Notes under the pieces: model-generated
Seen by the model: only the letters and a program-made list of their open reading frames with translations
Database searches by the model: none
What the model was told of the DNA's origin: nothing
From: Acetatifactor sp.
Lineage (GTDB): Bacteria; Bacillota; Clostridia; Lachnospirales; Lachnospiraceae
Direction: 5' to 3'
Assembly: GCA_051877795.1 (NCBI GenBank)
Contig: JBJEJG010000040.1
Coordinates: forward strand, 1,110-65,109
Length of the DNA stretch: 64,000 bases
Shown: in pieces, positions 45,913 to 55,177 of the stretch
How positions within the stretch are numbered: the stretch's first letter is position 1
Layout: every line of letters starts with the position of its first letter
Position numbers and translations under genes: made by a program

Positions 45913-45947
45913 GAGGTTGTCAGTATAATCTGACAACCTCTTTTTTT
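45913..45947 (+). terminator. Rho-independent terminator after tsf
   Basis: Perfect 11-bp stem gaggttgtcag-tataat-ctgacaacctc, followed by TTTTTTT. Confidence 0.85.
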
Positions 45948-45971
45948 GTGTCTGACATTTGTCGAATTTTG

Positions 45972-46000
45972 TGGACAAAACGGGGAAAAACTGGTACGAT
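45972..46000 (+). promoter_or_regulatory. Candidate promoter of the signalling operon
   Basis: TGGACA (45972-45977), a 17-nt spacer ending in TGg, then TACGAT (45995-46000), about 30 nt upstream of the GTG at 46031. Confidence 0.4.
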
Positions 46001-46030
46001 AGTACTTAAGAAATTACTATGTAAAGCAAG

Positions 46031-48316
46031 GTGATTTTTGTGAAAGCAGCCTATGCAACTGCATTTGCCGTAGCGGGTATCTGCCTGCTGTTCTGTATTT
46101 TTAAAGCGGGTCAAAATGACAGGAAGATAGCAGATGTTGTCAGGAAGCTTTTATGTTCCGGACTTGCCGCGGTGCTGATTAATATCGTGATTGTGCTGAC
46201 AACAGATAAAAATGTCTGTATGGTGGCATACAGCGTCTTTTTTGCGTGCATGGACTGGGTATTTTTCTATGTGTTTCTTTTTACGCTTGCATTTTGCAAC
46301 AGCAGACCGATTTTGGTTAATACCACAATATGGCGTATCATACTGGCACTGGATTCTTTTTCTGTGCTGTCCAACAACTTTTTCCATCATGCATTTGATT
46401 GCAGGGAGGTTTATACAAGCTACGGCGAGCTTTGTTTTAAGCCGGTACATTACAGCTTTTACAGGGTACACCTGATAGTTTGCTATTCCCTTGTGGCCTT
46501 CGCGATGGTTACATTGATTTATAAGGCAGTCAGAACTGCGGAGATTTATCGTGAGAAGTACCTCCTTTTATTGCTGATTTTTGCTTTTAGCGTGGGGGGA
46601 GATGTTGCTTATGTGTTTACGAATGCTACTATTAATGTCTCCATTCTTGGCTTTGCACTGGGAGGCATAATGATTTACTATTATGCGGTGGTATTTGTGC
46701 CCAGAGAGTTTCTGAAGAGAACCCTGACTATGGTAGTACAGGGAATGAGTGATGCAATCTTTATTCTGGATGAGGACGGAAAATGCATTCACGCCAATAC
46801 CAGAGCGCAGGATATGATGAAAGCTGAAGAATTGGATTATAAAACTCTGGAAGGGGAGCTTGATAAATGGCGCAGAGAGAATGGGGGCCTTGAGAAGGAT
46901 GACATCACCGGCCCTTTTTCCAGAGAAAAGGATGGTGCCAGGAGGCACTTTAAGGTTTTATGCCACAATCTGCTGGACGATAAGGCGCATTATCTGGGAT
47001 GCTTTTTTACCATTCAGAACCGTACGGAGGAAATAGAGAATCTGGAGAAGGAGCGCTACCTGGCAAATCATGATCCGTTGACAGGAGTGTACAACAGACA
47101 GTTTTTCTTTCGCAAAGTGGAAGAACAATTGCAGGAAAACCCTGATGAAGCATATCTGCTGGTGTGTTCCGATGTCCGTAACTTTAAGCTGATAAATGAT
47201 GTATTTGGCTCTGCGGCGGGGGATAAGCTGTTAATAGCCATTGCAGACGTCTTACGGGAACGTACTTCTTCCGGAGAAATTTTTGGAAGACTGGAAAATG
47301 ACCGATTTGGGCTTTTGATGAAAAAGAGTGAATACAGGGAGGATGTTTTTCTTTTAGGACCTCAGAAGATAGCCCACAGCATGGAAAATGATTTTTCTTA
47401 TCCGATTCAGATATGTCTGGGGGTGTATGAGATTGTGAACCGGAGCATTCCGGTGTCTGTCATGTGCGACAGGGCGTTTATGGCCATCGGAACAATTAAG
47501 GGAAAATATGGTCAGAATATTGCTTATTACGACGATAGACTGAGAGAGTGCGTGCTCAGAGAGCAGGAACTGACAGGGGAACTTCCGGGGGCAATTGCTT
47601 CGGGACAGTTCCACATTTATCTGCAACCGCAGATTTCGGCAGATGGAAAGATTATGGGTGCGGAGGCGCTCGTAAGGTGGAAACATCCGGTGAAGGGAAT
47701 GATAAATCCCGGAGAGTTTATCGGCATCTTTGAAAGAAACGGCCTGATTGCAAAGCTGGACAGGCATGTGTGGGAGCTTGCATGCAGACAGCTTGCCTGC
47801 TGGAGAGACAGAGGACGGGAAGAACTGTATATTTCCATCAATATTTCTCCGAAGGATTTTTACTTCATGGATGTGTATGAGACGCTGATAAGCCTTGTAA
47901 GGCAATACGAGATTCGTCCGGAAAAATTGAAGCTGGAGATTACGGAGACGGCAGTCATGGCAAATCTGGAGTCGCAGCTGAACCTGATTGCAAAACTTCG
48001 AGAGGCCGGCTTTATCGTGGAGATGGACGATTTCGGAAGCGGATATTCCTCACTGAATATGCTGAAGGATATTCAGGTTGATGTTTTAAAAATTGACATG
48101 GCTTTTCTGGGGAAGACAAACGACAAGGCCCGTGCGGAAAAAATCCTGAAGATGATAGTTGAGCTGTCCAGACAGCTGGAAATACCTGTGATTACGGAGG
48201 GCGTGGAAACGGCGGAGCAGGTGGATTTCCTGAAGGAGATTGGATGCGATATGTTCCAGGGATATTTCTTTGCAAAACCAATGGAAGTCAGTGATTTTGA
48301 AGAAAAATACATGTGA
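46031..48316 (+). CDS. Membrane sensor with PAS, degenerate GGDEF and intact EAL domains (probable c-di-GMP phosphodiesterase)
   Basis: About 6-7 N-terminal TMs. The GGDEF position reads RLENDRFGLL (ENDRF at 47294-47308). The EAL domain carries the canonical residues: GAEALVRW (47663-47671), ISINISPKDF, LEITETAV, MDDFGSGYSSL, LKIDMAF, ITEGVET, FQGYFFAKP. Confidence 0.9.
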   Translation: MIFVKAAYATAFAVAGICLLFCIFKAGQNDRKIADVVRKLLCSGLAAVLINIVIVLTTDKNVCMVAYSVFFACMDWVFFYVFLFTLAFCNSRPILVNTTIWRIILALDSFSVLSNNFFHHAFDCREVYTSYGELCFKPVHYSFYRVHLIVCYSLVAFAMVTLIYKAVRTAEIYREKYLLLLLIFAFSVGGDVAYVFTNATINVSILGFALGGIMIYYYAVVFVPREFLKRTLTMVVQGMSDAIFILDEDGKCIHANTRAQDMMKAEELDYKTLEGELDKWRRENGGLEKDDITGPFSREKDGARRHFKVLCHNLLDDKAHYLGCFFTIQNRTEEIENLEKERYLANHDPLTGVYNRQFFFRKVEEQLQENPDEAYLLVCSDVRNFKLINDVFGSAAGDKLLIAIADVLRERTSSGEIFGRLENDRFGLLMKKSEYREDVFLLGPQKIAHSMENDFSYPIQICLGVYEIVNRSIPVSVMCDRAFMAIGTIKGKYGQNIAYYDDRLRECVLREQELTGELPGAIASGQFHIYLQPQISADGKIMGAEALVRWKHPVKGMINPGEFIGIFERNGLIAKLDRHVWELACRQLACWRDRGREELYISINISPKDFYFMDVYETLISLVRQYEIRPEKLKLEITETAVMANLESQLNLIAKLREAGFIVEMDDFGSGYSSLNMLKDIQVDVLKIDMAFLGKTNDKARAEKILKMIVELSRQLEIPVITEGVETAEQVDFLKEIGCDMFQGYFFAKPMEVSDFEEKYM

Positions 48317-48344
48317 CCGTGGCTGAACCGGCCGAGGGAGGATT

Positions 48345-51215
48345 ATGTATAGCGTATACATCGCAATTCAGATAATCGGAATTATATTACTTTTCGTGGC
48401 ATTGGCAATTTTACTGCGGGGAGACGGTTCCAGGGAACAGAAGCTGATGACATTTTTTATCACGGCTTCCCTGGTGCAGAACTGTGCTTATCTTTTGGAA
48501 CTGATGTCACAGTCACAGGAGGCTGCTCTGATAGCTACCAAGATAGAATATCTTGGCTCCAGTTTTATTGCCATCTGTTATTGCTGGTTTTTGTATACCT
48601 ACTGCCATGAGAAGGCGCCGGAAAAGCTGCTCAGAACGTTGATGTCGATAAATATTGCGGTTTTGACAATTATATTTACCTGCGACATGCATACGCTGTA
48701 TTACCGTAAAATCGAGTGGGTGACGGACTCAAGCACACATCCTTATCTTCGTCTGACCTATGGTCCCGTATATTACATTTTCTTTACCAGTGCCTGCCTG
48801 ATACCCTATGTCCTCTGCAACTATGTGCTGCTTCGGGCAGTTCTCAGAAAAGCAAGCGGGATGCTGAAAAGACAGTATAAAATTTTTATTGCACTGAATG
48901 TGCTTCCTGTGCTTGCTCTGCTTGCCTATATGCTTCATCTGACACCTGATTATGATATGACGCCGATGACAATGGGAATAGAGCTTTCTCTGGTAGTTAT
49001 TCTGGTGTGGAGCAGAAGAAATTATGATGTTTCCCATCTGGCTGCAGAGCTTGTGCTGCAGAACATGGATGACGGTGTCATTACCTTGGATGACAAGAAG
49101 AGGATTGTGAGCTACAATCAGGCGGCAGCGGAAATCTTTACGGAGTTGAGTTTCCAGAGAGCAGGGGATAGTATCGAGGAGATGGAGGATTTCCCGGAGG
49201 ATATTCTTTCTGCCGATTCCAAGCTGAATTTTGATTTGAATAATCGGGCCTTTGAAAGCCATGTCAGACAGATTCAGGGAAAAAACGGGAAGAATCAGGG
49301 GTATGTTGTCCTTGTCATGGATGTGACGGAGACAAGAAATTATATTGAAGAAATCAAGCAGGTGAAGGAGCAGGCAGAGCGCGCCAATACTGCGAAAAGC
49401 GAGTTTCTGGCAAATATGTCCCATGAAATCAGGACACCAATGAATGCAATCGTCGGCCTGAGTGATATAATTATGGCGGAGAGCCGGGGAAGAAAAATAT
49501 ACAGCTATGCATGTGATATTAAGTCGGCTTCACAGAACCTGCTGACAATTATAAATGATATTCTTGACTTGTCCAAGGTAGAGGCGGGTAAGATGGAGCT
49601 TGTTACCGGGGACTATTATATTAAGGGACTGGTGGGAGATGTGGTAAATATGATGGATATTGCCGCCTCCCAGCGGGGACTGCTCTTAAAATGTGAATAT
49701 GACAACTCCATTCCCTGTGCGTATCACGGAGACGAGGGGCGTATCAAACAGATTTTGATTAATATTCTGAATAATGCGGTGAAATTTACCAGTGAAGGGT
49801 ATGTCAAAATTACCATAAAGGGCAGTTCCTCCGCAGAGCCGGATATGGAGAATCTGGTTTTCCGGATTGAAGATACAGGATGCGGTATTAAGCAGGAGGA
49901 TCTGGAAAAGATATTTGAGGACTTTAAGCAGGTGAATTCCAAGAGGAACCGGGGAGTGGAAGGAACGGGTCTGGGACTTTCCATTACCAGGCGACTCGTA
50001 CAGCTGATGAAGGGAAGTATTGAAGTGGAAAGCGTTTATGGGCAGGGAACTACCTTTACCGTGACGTTACCTCAGCGGATTGTGGACAAACGTTCTCTGG
50101 AAGAGATGCCCAAAGTGCCGGGGAAGGAATTTGAGCAGGTGGAAACCTTTGTGGTGAGCAATTATAAGGTTCTCGTTGTAGATGATAATTTAATTAACAG
50201 GAAGGTTGCGTGCGGTTTCCTGAAGAATTATGGCTTTGACCTGACGGAGGCATCCAGTGGTCCCGAGGCGATTGAACTGGTAAAGAAAACGAAATTCAAT
50301 TTGATTTTTATGGATCACATGATGCCGGAGATGGATGGCATCGAAGCTGTGAGAATTATCAGGGAAGAGTGCGGCATCAACGGAAGAACGCCGGTTATTA
50401 TCGCGCTGACGGCAAATGCCATGGGTGGTGTGAAGGAGACCTTTCTAAGAAGCGGCTTCCAGGATTTTATCGCGAAACCGCTGGATAGAAAACCGTTAAA
50501 TGAGATATTGTCCAAATGGATTCCAAAGGCTTATAAATCGGTGAAAAAATCGGATAAGGCCGAAGAAGAGCAACTGGTACATATTGAATATAAGGATATT
50601 TGTATTCCGGGGATTGACGTGGAGGAGGCAAAGAAGCATCATTCCGGCGAGGCAAATGATTACCTGGAGCTGCTGCAGCTTTACCGTATGGACGGAAAGC
50701 GGAAGCTGGGATATCTGTCCGAACTGTTGGAAAAGAAGGATTATCAAAATTACCGAATTGAGGTACATGGATTGAAGAGCGCTTCTGCCAATGTGGGGGC
50801 AATGGAGCTTTCCAATCAGGCAAGAGAGCAGGAGGAAGCCGTTATAAGGGGGGATGAGGAATTTATTAAGATGCATTCCGGCGAACTGATTTCCTGCTAT
50901 AACAGATTGTTGAAGGATATGGAGGACTTCCTGAACAGAAAAAATTCGGCAGAGGAAGCAGGCGGTCAGGCAGACACCGGTCTGTATATTGATCAGAAGG
51001 CGGTGATAGAGCAGCTTCGGGAGGCAGTGGAGCTGTTGGAAAATTTCCGTTCCAGGGAATGTGCCGCAAAAATTGAGGGTTTGATGAAGTATCAGCTGGA
51101 TTTCGCTATAGACAGCCGGTTAAAAGAGATAAGGGAACAGTTGATGATGTATGAGGATGATAAGGCCGAGGAGCTTTTACATTCTCTGCTTGATTGGCTG
51201 GAGAAGGAGGATTGA
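48345..51215 (+). CDS. Hybrid sensor histidine kinase (7TM-like sensor, PAS, HisKA, HATPase, REC, Hpt)
   Basis: H-box FLANMSHEIRTPMNAI, N-box ILINILNNAVKFT, G-boxes EDTGCGI and GTGLGLSI. REC is VLVVDDNLINRKV...IFMDHMMPEMDG...KPL. Hpt is IEVHGLKSASANVGA. Confidence 0.93.
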   Translation: MYSVYIAIQIIGIILLFVALAILLRGDGSREQKLMTFFITASLVQNCAYLLELMSQSQEAALIATKIEYLGSSFIAICYCWFLYTYCHEKAPEKLLRTLMSINIAVLTIIFTCDMHTLYYRKIEWVTDSSTHPYLRLTYGPVYYIFFTSACLIPYVLCNYVLLRAVLRKASGMLKRQYKIFIALNVLPVLALLAYMLHLTPDYDMTPMTMGIELSLVVILVWSRRNYDVSHLAAELVLQNMDDGVITLDDKKRIVSYNQAAAEIFTELSFQRAGDSIEEMEDFPEDILSADSKLNFDLNNRAFESHVRQIQGKNGKNQGYVVLVMDVTETRNYIEEIKQVKEQAERANTAKSEFLANMSHEIRTPMNAIVGLSDIIMAESRGRKIYSYACDIKSASQNLLTIINDILDLSKVEAGKMELVTGDYYIKGLVGDVVNMMDIAASQRGLLLKCEYDNSIPCAYHGDEGRIKQILINILNNAVKFTSEGYVKITIKGSSSAEPDMENLVFRIEDTGCGIKQEDLEKIFEDFKQVNSKRNRGVEGTGLGLSITRRLVQLMKGSIEVESVYGQGTTFTVTLPQRIVDKRSLEEMPKVPGKEFEQVETFVVSNYKVLVVDDNLINRKVACGFLKNYGFDLTEASSGPEAIELVKKTKFNLIFMDHMMPEMDGIEAVRIIREECGINGRTPVIIALTANAMGGVKETFLRSGFQDFIAKPLDRKPLNEILSKWIPKAYKSVKKSDKAEEEQLVHIEYKDICIPGIDVEEAKKHHSGEANDYLELLQLYRMDGKRKLGYLSELLEKKDYQNYRIEVHGLKSASANVGAMELSNQAREQEEAVIRGDEEFIKMHSGELISCYNRLLKDMEDFLNRKNSAEEAGGQADTGLYIDQKAVIEQLREAVELLENFRSRECAAKIEGLMKYQLDFAIDSRLKEIREQLMMYEDDKAEELLHSLLDWLEKED

Positions 51216-51220
51216 CGTAA

Positions 51221-52087
51221 ATGGACGGCAAGATGCGTATTTTGGCAGTGGATGATAATATCATCAATCTTGCTACGATTGAACAGGAGTTGAAGAATAA
51301 GTATGAGGTAATTACAGTAAACTCCGGGGCGAGAGCAATCAGGTATCTGAACAAGGAGAAGCCTGATTTGATTCTGTTGGATGTGCAGATGGCATTGATG
51401 GACGGAATTGAAACCTTGCGGGAAATCCGTACCATGGAAAATGGGGCAACGATTCCGGTTATCATGCTGACCTCGCAGAAGAATAAGGAGACAGTCATCG
51501 AGGGAACCAAGCTGGGTATACTTGATTATGTGCTAAAGCCCTTTGACTCTCAGGATCTGCATGCGAGGATTGACAGAGCTTTAAAGAAGGTCGGTGCGCT
51601 TCCGGTGGAGGACAGAGAGCTCTATGAGAGTGTCAAGAGTGTTCAGGATGAACTACAGGCGAAGAATACGCGCAATGCAATCCTGAAAATTGATGAGATT
51701 TTAAGCTTTAAGATAGATGAGGAAATTTTCGGGCGAATGCAGAATGCAAAGGCCAGACTTCGTGCGAATGACGAGGAGACGGCGGAGAGGCTGGTCTCCA
51801 GGGTACTTAAGATGCTGGAGCGTACTGTAAAGGTAGAGCAGTCAACAAAATATCCCATCAGCACGGGTGAAATGAATGCAAGACTCCTCTACATCCTGAA
51901 TGACCTGGAGAATTTTAAGGTAAGAGAGGCTTCCCAGAAGCTGGAGGAGTTAATGCGCTTTGAGATTCCTCCTGTTGTCAGTGAGGCATGTGTCGCAGCC
52001 CAGGAAAGGCTGGAAGAGTTTGACGACGGTGCAGCCGAGGAGCTTATTCAGCAGGCGTTGGCTGAAATGAAGAATCATCTTATTTAG
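51221..52087 (+). CDS. Response regulator: REC domain plus a helical C-terminal domain without a recognisable DNA-binding or enzymatic output
   Basis: REC is RILAVDDNIINL, LILLDVQMALMDG, IMLTSQ, VLKPF. The C-terminal half, about 155 aa, is all-helical with two copies of a motif also present at the kinase C-terminus. Confidence 0.85.
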   Translation: MDGKMRILAVDDNIINLATIEQELKNKYEVITVNSGARAIRYLNKEKPDLILLDVQMALMDGIETLREIRTMENGATIPVIMLTSQKNKETVIEGTKLGILDYVLKPFDSQDLHARIDRALKKVGALPVEDRELYESVKSVQDELQAKNTRNAILKIDEILSFKIDEEIFGRMQNAKARLRANDEETAERLVSRVLKMLERTVKVEQSTKYPISTGEMNARLLYILNDLENFKVREASQKLEELMRFEIPPVVSEACVAAQERLEEFDDGAAEELIQQALAEMKNHLI

Positions 52088-55079
52088 CTGTCAGCACCCA
52101 GCTGTCAAACCAACGCAGCCATTTGTCCACGTAGGCGGCATCTACAGGTTGTCCGGAAAGAACCGGATAGAACAGGAAAAAAAGCGCTGTGGCAAGACCA
52201 CCAAGGAGTGAGCACAGGAGAATAAAGCTTCGTTTTGTCAGCTTTTTCTTCCACTGCATGATACTGTGGGCAATCATGAGAACCAAAAAAATGATACTGG
52301 GGAAGTAGTGGTAAATAAAGGTTATACGTGTTACAAAGAACCAGGGCAGGTACTGCGCCAGATAACCGACGGTTAGGAAGGCGGCAGTTCTGTCCTTTTT
52401 CTTTGCCCAGAGATACACCATATAAAGCGATGCGGGAATTCCACTCCACCATACGAGAGGGTTGCCGAAAGCGCTGATTCCCTCTCTGATGCCGCCGTTT
52501 CCCGAACTGCCGGTGACAATAGCGGAGAAGTACCAGATAGGCCGCTTAATAATGGGCCATTCATACCAGGAGGATGAATAGGGATGAGTGGCTTCCAGCC
52601 CACTGTGATAGCGGAACATGGTTTCCTGATTGTGGAGCACTCTTAAAATAAGTCCGTCCTCTGTGTAATCTCTGAAGGGAAGATAGGACAGCAGATAAAT
52701 CAGAACCGGCACTGCCACAAAAAATAGCAGACAGAAAAGGATTGTCTGTAAAACTGTTTTTATAGTATATTTGCCCTCACGGTATCTTCTGTACAGATTT
52801 ACAAAGAAGAGAATGGCAAGGCCAAGCCCGGCGTAAACGCCTGTCCATTTGCAGGCAATACCAAGCCCCATACAGATGCCGCAGGCACCCAGAGGAAGGA
52901 GGGCTTTTTTCAAAGACTTTCCATAGATGGTTTCCGTACAGTATTGGTACATAAAGAAATACATAAGGATGACAAAAAAGGTGATGTATACATCAATGGT
53001 AGCAAGCCTGGTCTGGGTAAAGTGCATAAAGTCAAAGGTAAAAAGCACGCAGGCAAGAGCAGAGACGGCAGTGCTTCCGGTAAGTCGTCTGGCAAAAAGA
53101 TAACAGACAGGAACCATGGCGATGCCGAACAATGTGCCGATGATACGCCAGCCGAAAGGGTTCATCCCAAAGAAAGCAATTCCCAGTGCAATAAAAATTT
53201 TGCCCAGAGGAGGGTGGGTGTTTTCGTATGCGGGAAGACCATGCAGAAATTCATAGGCTGTACGTGCGTGGTAAATCTCATCAAAGTACATGCTGTTGCG
53301 GAAGCTGCTGCGTTCAGGCTTTAAATCAGACTCATCGAACAGAGCGGGGTAGTCCTCCGCATTGGAGGGCATCATTACATCCCCGTCTGCATCCAGAAAG
53401 GTAAGCTCAATCAGGGAAGCCTGACTGTCCAGCAAGGTCAGTCTAAGCTGGGAACTGTCCAGATTTAAGGCAACCTCCTGCCAGGTAAAAACATTGTTCA
53501 GGGTTATCTGCCCGTTGTAATTCCATTGGCTGTCTCCGGGCTGTTTTTCCTCCAGAAGGAAATTTCGTCCGTTCCAGGGGGCAATATAGTAGTGGAGAGA
53601 TGCCGGGATTTGCCCGTCGAAATCAAGCTCAATGGTTTGGTTTCCGGTCATGTCCCAGGTGGTGACAGGGGCCTTGCAGTCGCCTAAATCGTACAGCGCG
53701 AAGCAGCTGTAGACAGCGGTGATAAGCAGTATCCATATCCAGTCTGCACGATGAAGGGGCGTGGGTCTGTGAAAAAGCTTCGGAGTCCGGACAGAGCGCC
53801 TGGAAGGTGCATCAAAGAAGCGGTTGGCAGGATCATTTTCCAAAGCATCTCCGCCTGAAAACGGATACAGCAGATAGAAGGTGCGATACAGGCAGATTGT
53901 CATAAGCATCATTCCGGCGCTCGTCAGAAGAATAATAGGAGCGGTTCTGTCATAATTTTGCGGGTCATAACAGAACAATACATGAGCGGTGTTGCAAAAG
54001 TGAAGCAGTGAAAAGCCGCAGTAGCAGTAGAACAGCTGTTTTACAGGCTTGCAGAGAAATGCCAGCAGCAAAAAGAGCATGGCAGGATATAAATAGCGTT
54101 CATGCATGCGGACAGAAAATACAAAGATACTGATAAGCAGAAAGGCGCTTAGCAGGGGATATTTTGCCGCATCTCTTTTTAGCCGGAAGCAGAAAAGAAA
54201 GGTCATCAGAATTGCTGCAGCAACCATGAGACCACCCCAGAAGCGGCAGGGAAGCCCAAGAAACAGCGCCTCCTGACTCACCCAGCTCTTTCCCAGAAGT
54301 GCCCAGATATTGTAGGCGTTGACGGAGGCATAGGGGTAGGAACCGACAGTTGAAAAATACTGTTTTCCCACATTGGACAGACCAAAAGGCAGGCACAGGA
54401 GCAGCATGCCCAGACAGGTGCCGATAATCTGTCCCAGATTAACAAGCAGTTTTTTTAGGGAAAAATCCTTTAAAATAATATATTCCAGAAAAGCAGCCAG
54501 AATGACAGGCCCCAAAAACAGTGTCTGTGGTTTAACCAAAAGCCCGGCACCAAAGGAGATGTAGGCAGGGAGCATTCTTCCCTCCATCAGGGACAGGCAC
54601 ATAATAAGCAGAGCAAGCGTAAATACGGAATCCACCTGTCCCCATACGGCTGAATTCAGGATAACAGCAGGGTTCAGCAGGTATGCGGCACACAGGAAAA
54701 GAACCTGAGCAGGGGAAAAACGCTTTTTTCCCTCCAGACAGAGCAGACCGCCACTGATTAAGTCACAAAGAATAGCGGGCATGCGCAGCAGTATCAGATG
54801 TGCGCTGCCCAGCCAGACGAAGCCGGCCCTTGCACACAGTGCCCCGATGGGATACAGCAGATACATATATCCGGGAGGATAATCGGTGAAAACATCAGGC
54901 GAATAAAAGCTTCCCGGCCCAAGTCTGTAAATTCTGTCTGCCCAGGCAGCAAAGCAGGCGGTATCGGAGCTGAAGCCCCCGGAAATGGCAGCGGCAGCTG
55001 TGCGAATGAGAAAAGCGGCGGCAAACAGGATAAAATAGTTGTATTTGGAAAAATTTTCTTTCTTTGATAATGTCGACAT
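52080..55079 (-). CDS. 999-aa fusion of two GT-C-fold glycosyltransferase modules (N-terminal ALG6/8- or ArnT-like module plus C-terminal GT39/PMT-like module)
   Basis: Polytopic throughout. The N-module first-loop motif is SSDTACFAAWADRI...FTDYPPGYMYLL. The C-module motif is MYFDEIYHARTAYEFLHGLPAYENTHPPLGK (encoded at about 53262-53300), typical of protein O-mannosyltransferase-like GT39 enzymes. A soluble segment of about 130 aa separates them. Confidence 0.8.
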   Translation of the reverse strand: MSTLSKKENFSKYNYFILFAAAFLIRTAAAAISGGFSSDTACFAAWADRIYRLGPGSFYSPDVFTDYPPGYMYLLYPIGALCARAGFVWLGSAHLILLRMPAILCDLISGGLLCLEGKKRFSPAQVLFLCAAYLLNPAVILNSAVWGQVDSVFTLALLIMCLSLMEGRMLPAYISFGAGLLVKPQTLFLGPVILAAFLEYIILKDFSLKKLLVNLGQIIGTCLGMLLLCLPFGLSNVGKQYFSTVGSYPYASVNAYNIWALLGKSWVSQEALFLGLPCRFWGGLMVAAAILMTFLFCFRLKRDAAKYPLLSAFLLISIFVFSVRMHERYLYPAMLFLLLAFLCKPVKQLFYCYCGFSLLHFCNTAHVLFCYDPQNYDRTAPIILLTSAGMMLMTICLYRTFYLLYPFSGGDALENDPANRFFDAPSRRSVRTPKLFHRPTPLHRADWIWILLITAVYSCFALYDLGDCKAPVTTWDMTGNQTIELDFDGQIPASLHYYIAPWNGRNFLLEEKQPGDSQWNYNGQITLNNVFTWQEVALNLDSSQLRLTLLDSQASLIELTFLDADGDVMMPSNAEDYPALFDESDLKPERSSFRNSMYFDEIYHARTAYEFLHGLPAYENTHPPLGKIFIALGIAFFGMNPFGWRIIGTLFGIAMVPVCYLFARRLTGSTAVSALACVLFTFDFMHFTQTRLATIDVYITFFVILMYFFMYQYCTETIYGKSLKKALLPLGACGICMGLGIACKWTGVYAGLGLAILFFVNLYRRYREGKYTIKTVLQTILFCLLFFVAVPVLIYLLSYLPFRDYTEDGLILRVLHNQETMFRYHSGLEATHPYSSSWYEWPIIKRPIWYFSAIVTGSSGNGGIREGISAFGNPLVWWSGIPASLYMVYLWAKKKDRTAAFLTVGYLAQYLPWFFVTRITFIYHYFPSIIFLVLMIAHSIMQWKKKLTKRSFILLCSLLGGLATALFFLFYPVLSGQPVDAAYVDKWLRWFDSWVLTAK

Positions 55080-55177
55080 TGAGCTGCCCTCCTAACCTGT
55101 TTATTATAACAAAAACTGTAGTAGAAGAAAAGAAAATGTGGTACAATAAACTATACGTGCTGAAAAGGAGAAAACGA

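Noticed and set aside
52944-53324. A plus-strand 126-aa lysine-rich ORF inside the GT-C gene region. Other small ORFs lie at 54373-54564 and 54798-55067.
   Set aside because: They are antisense to a continuous 999-codon polytopic membrane protein with clear GT39 motifs, and they have no translation signals.
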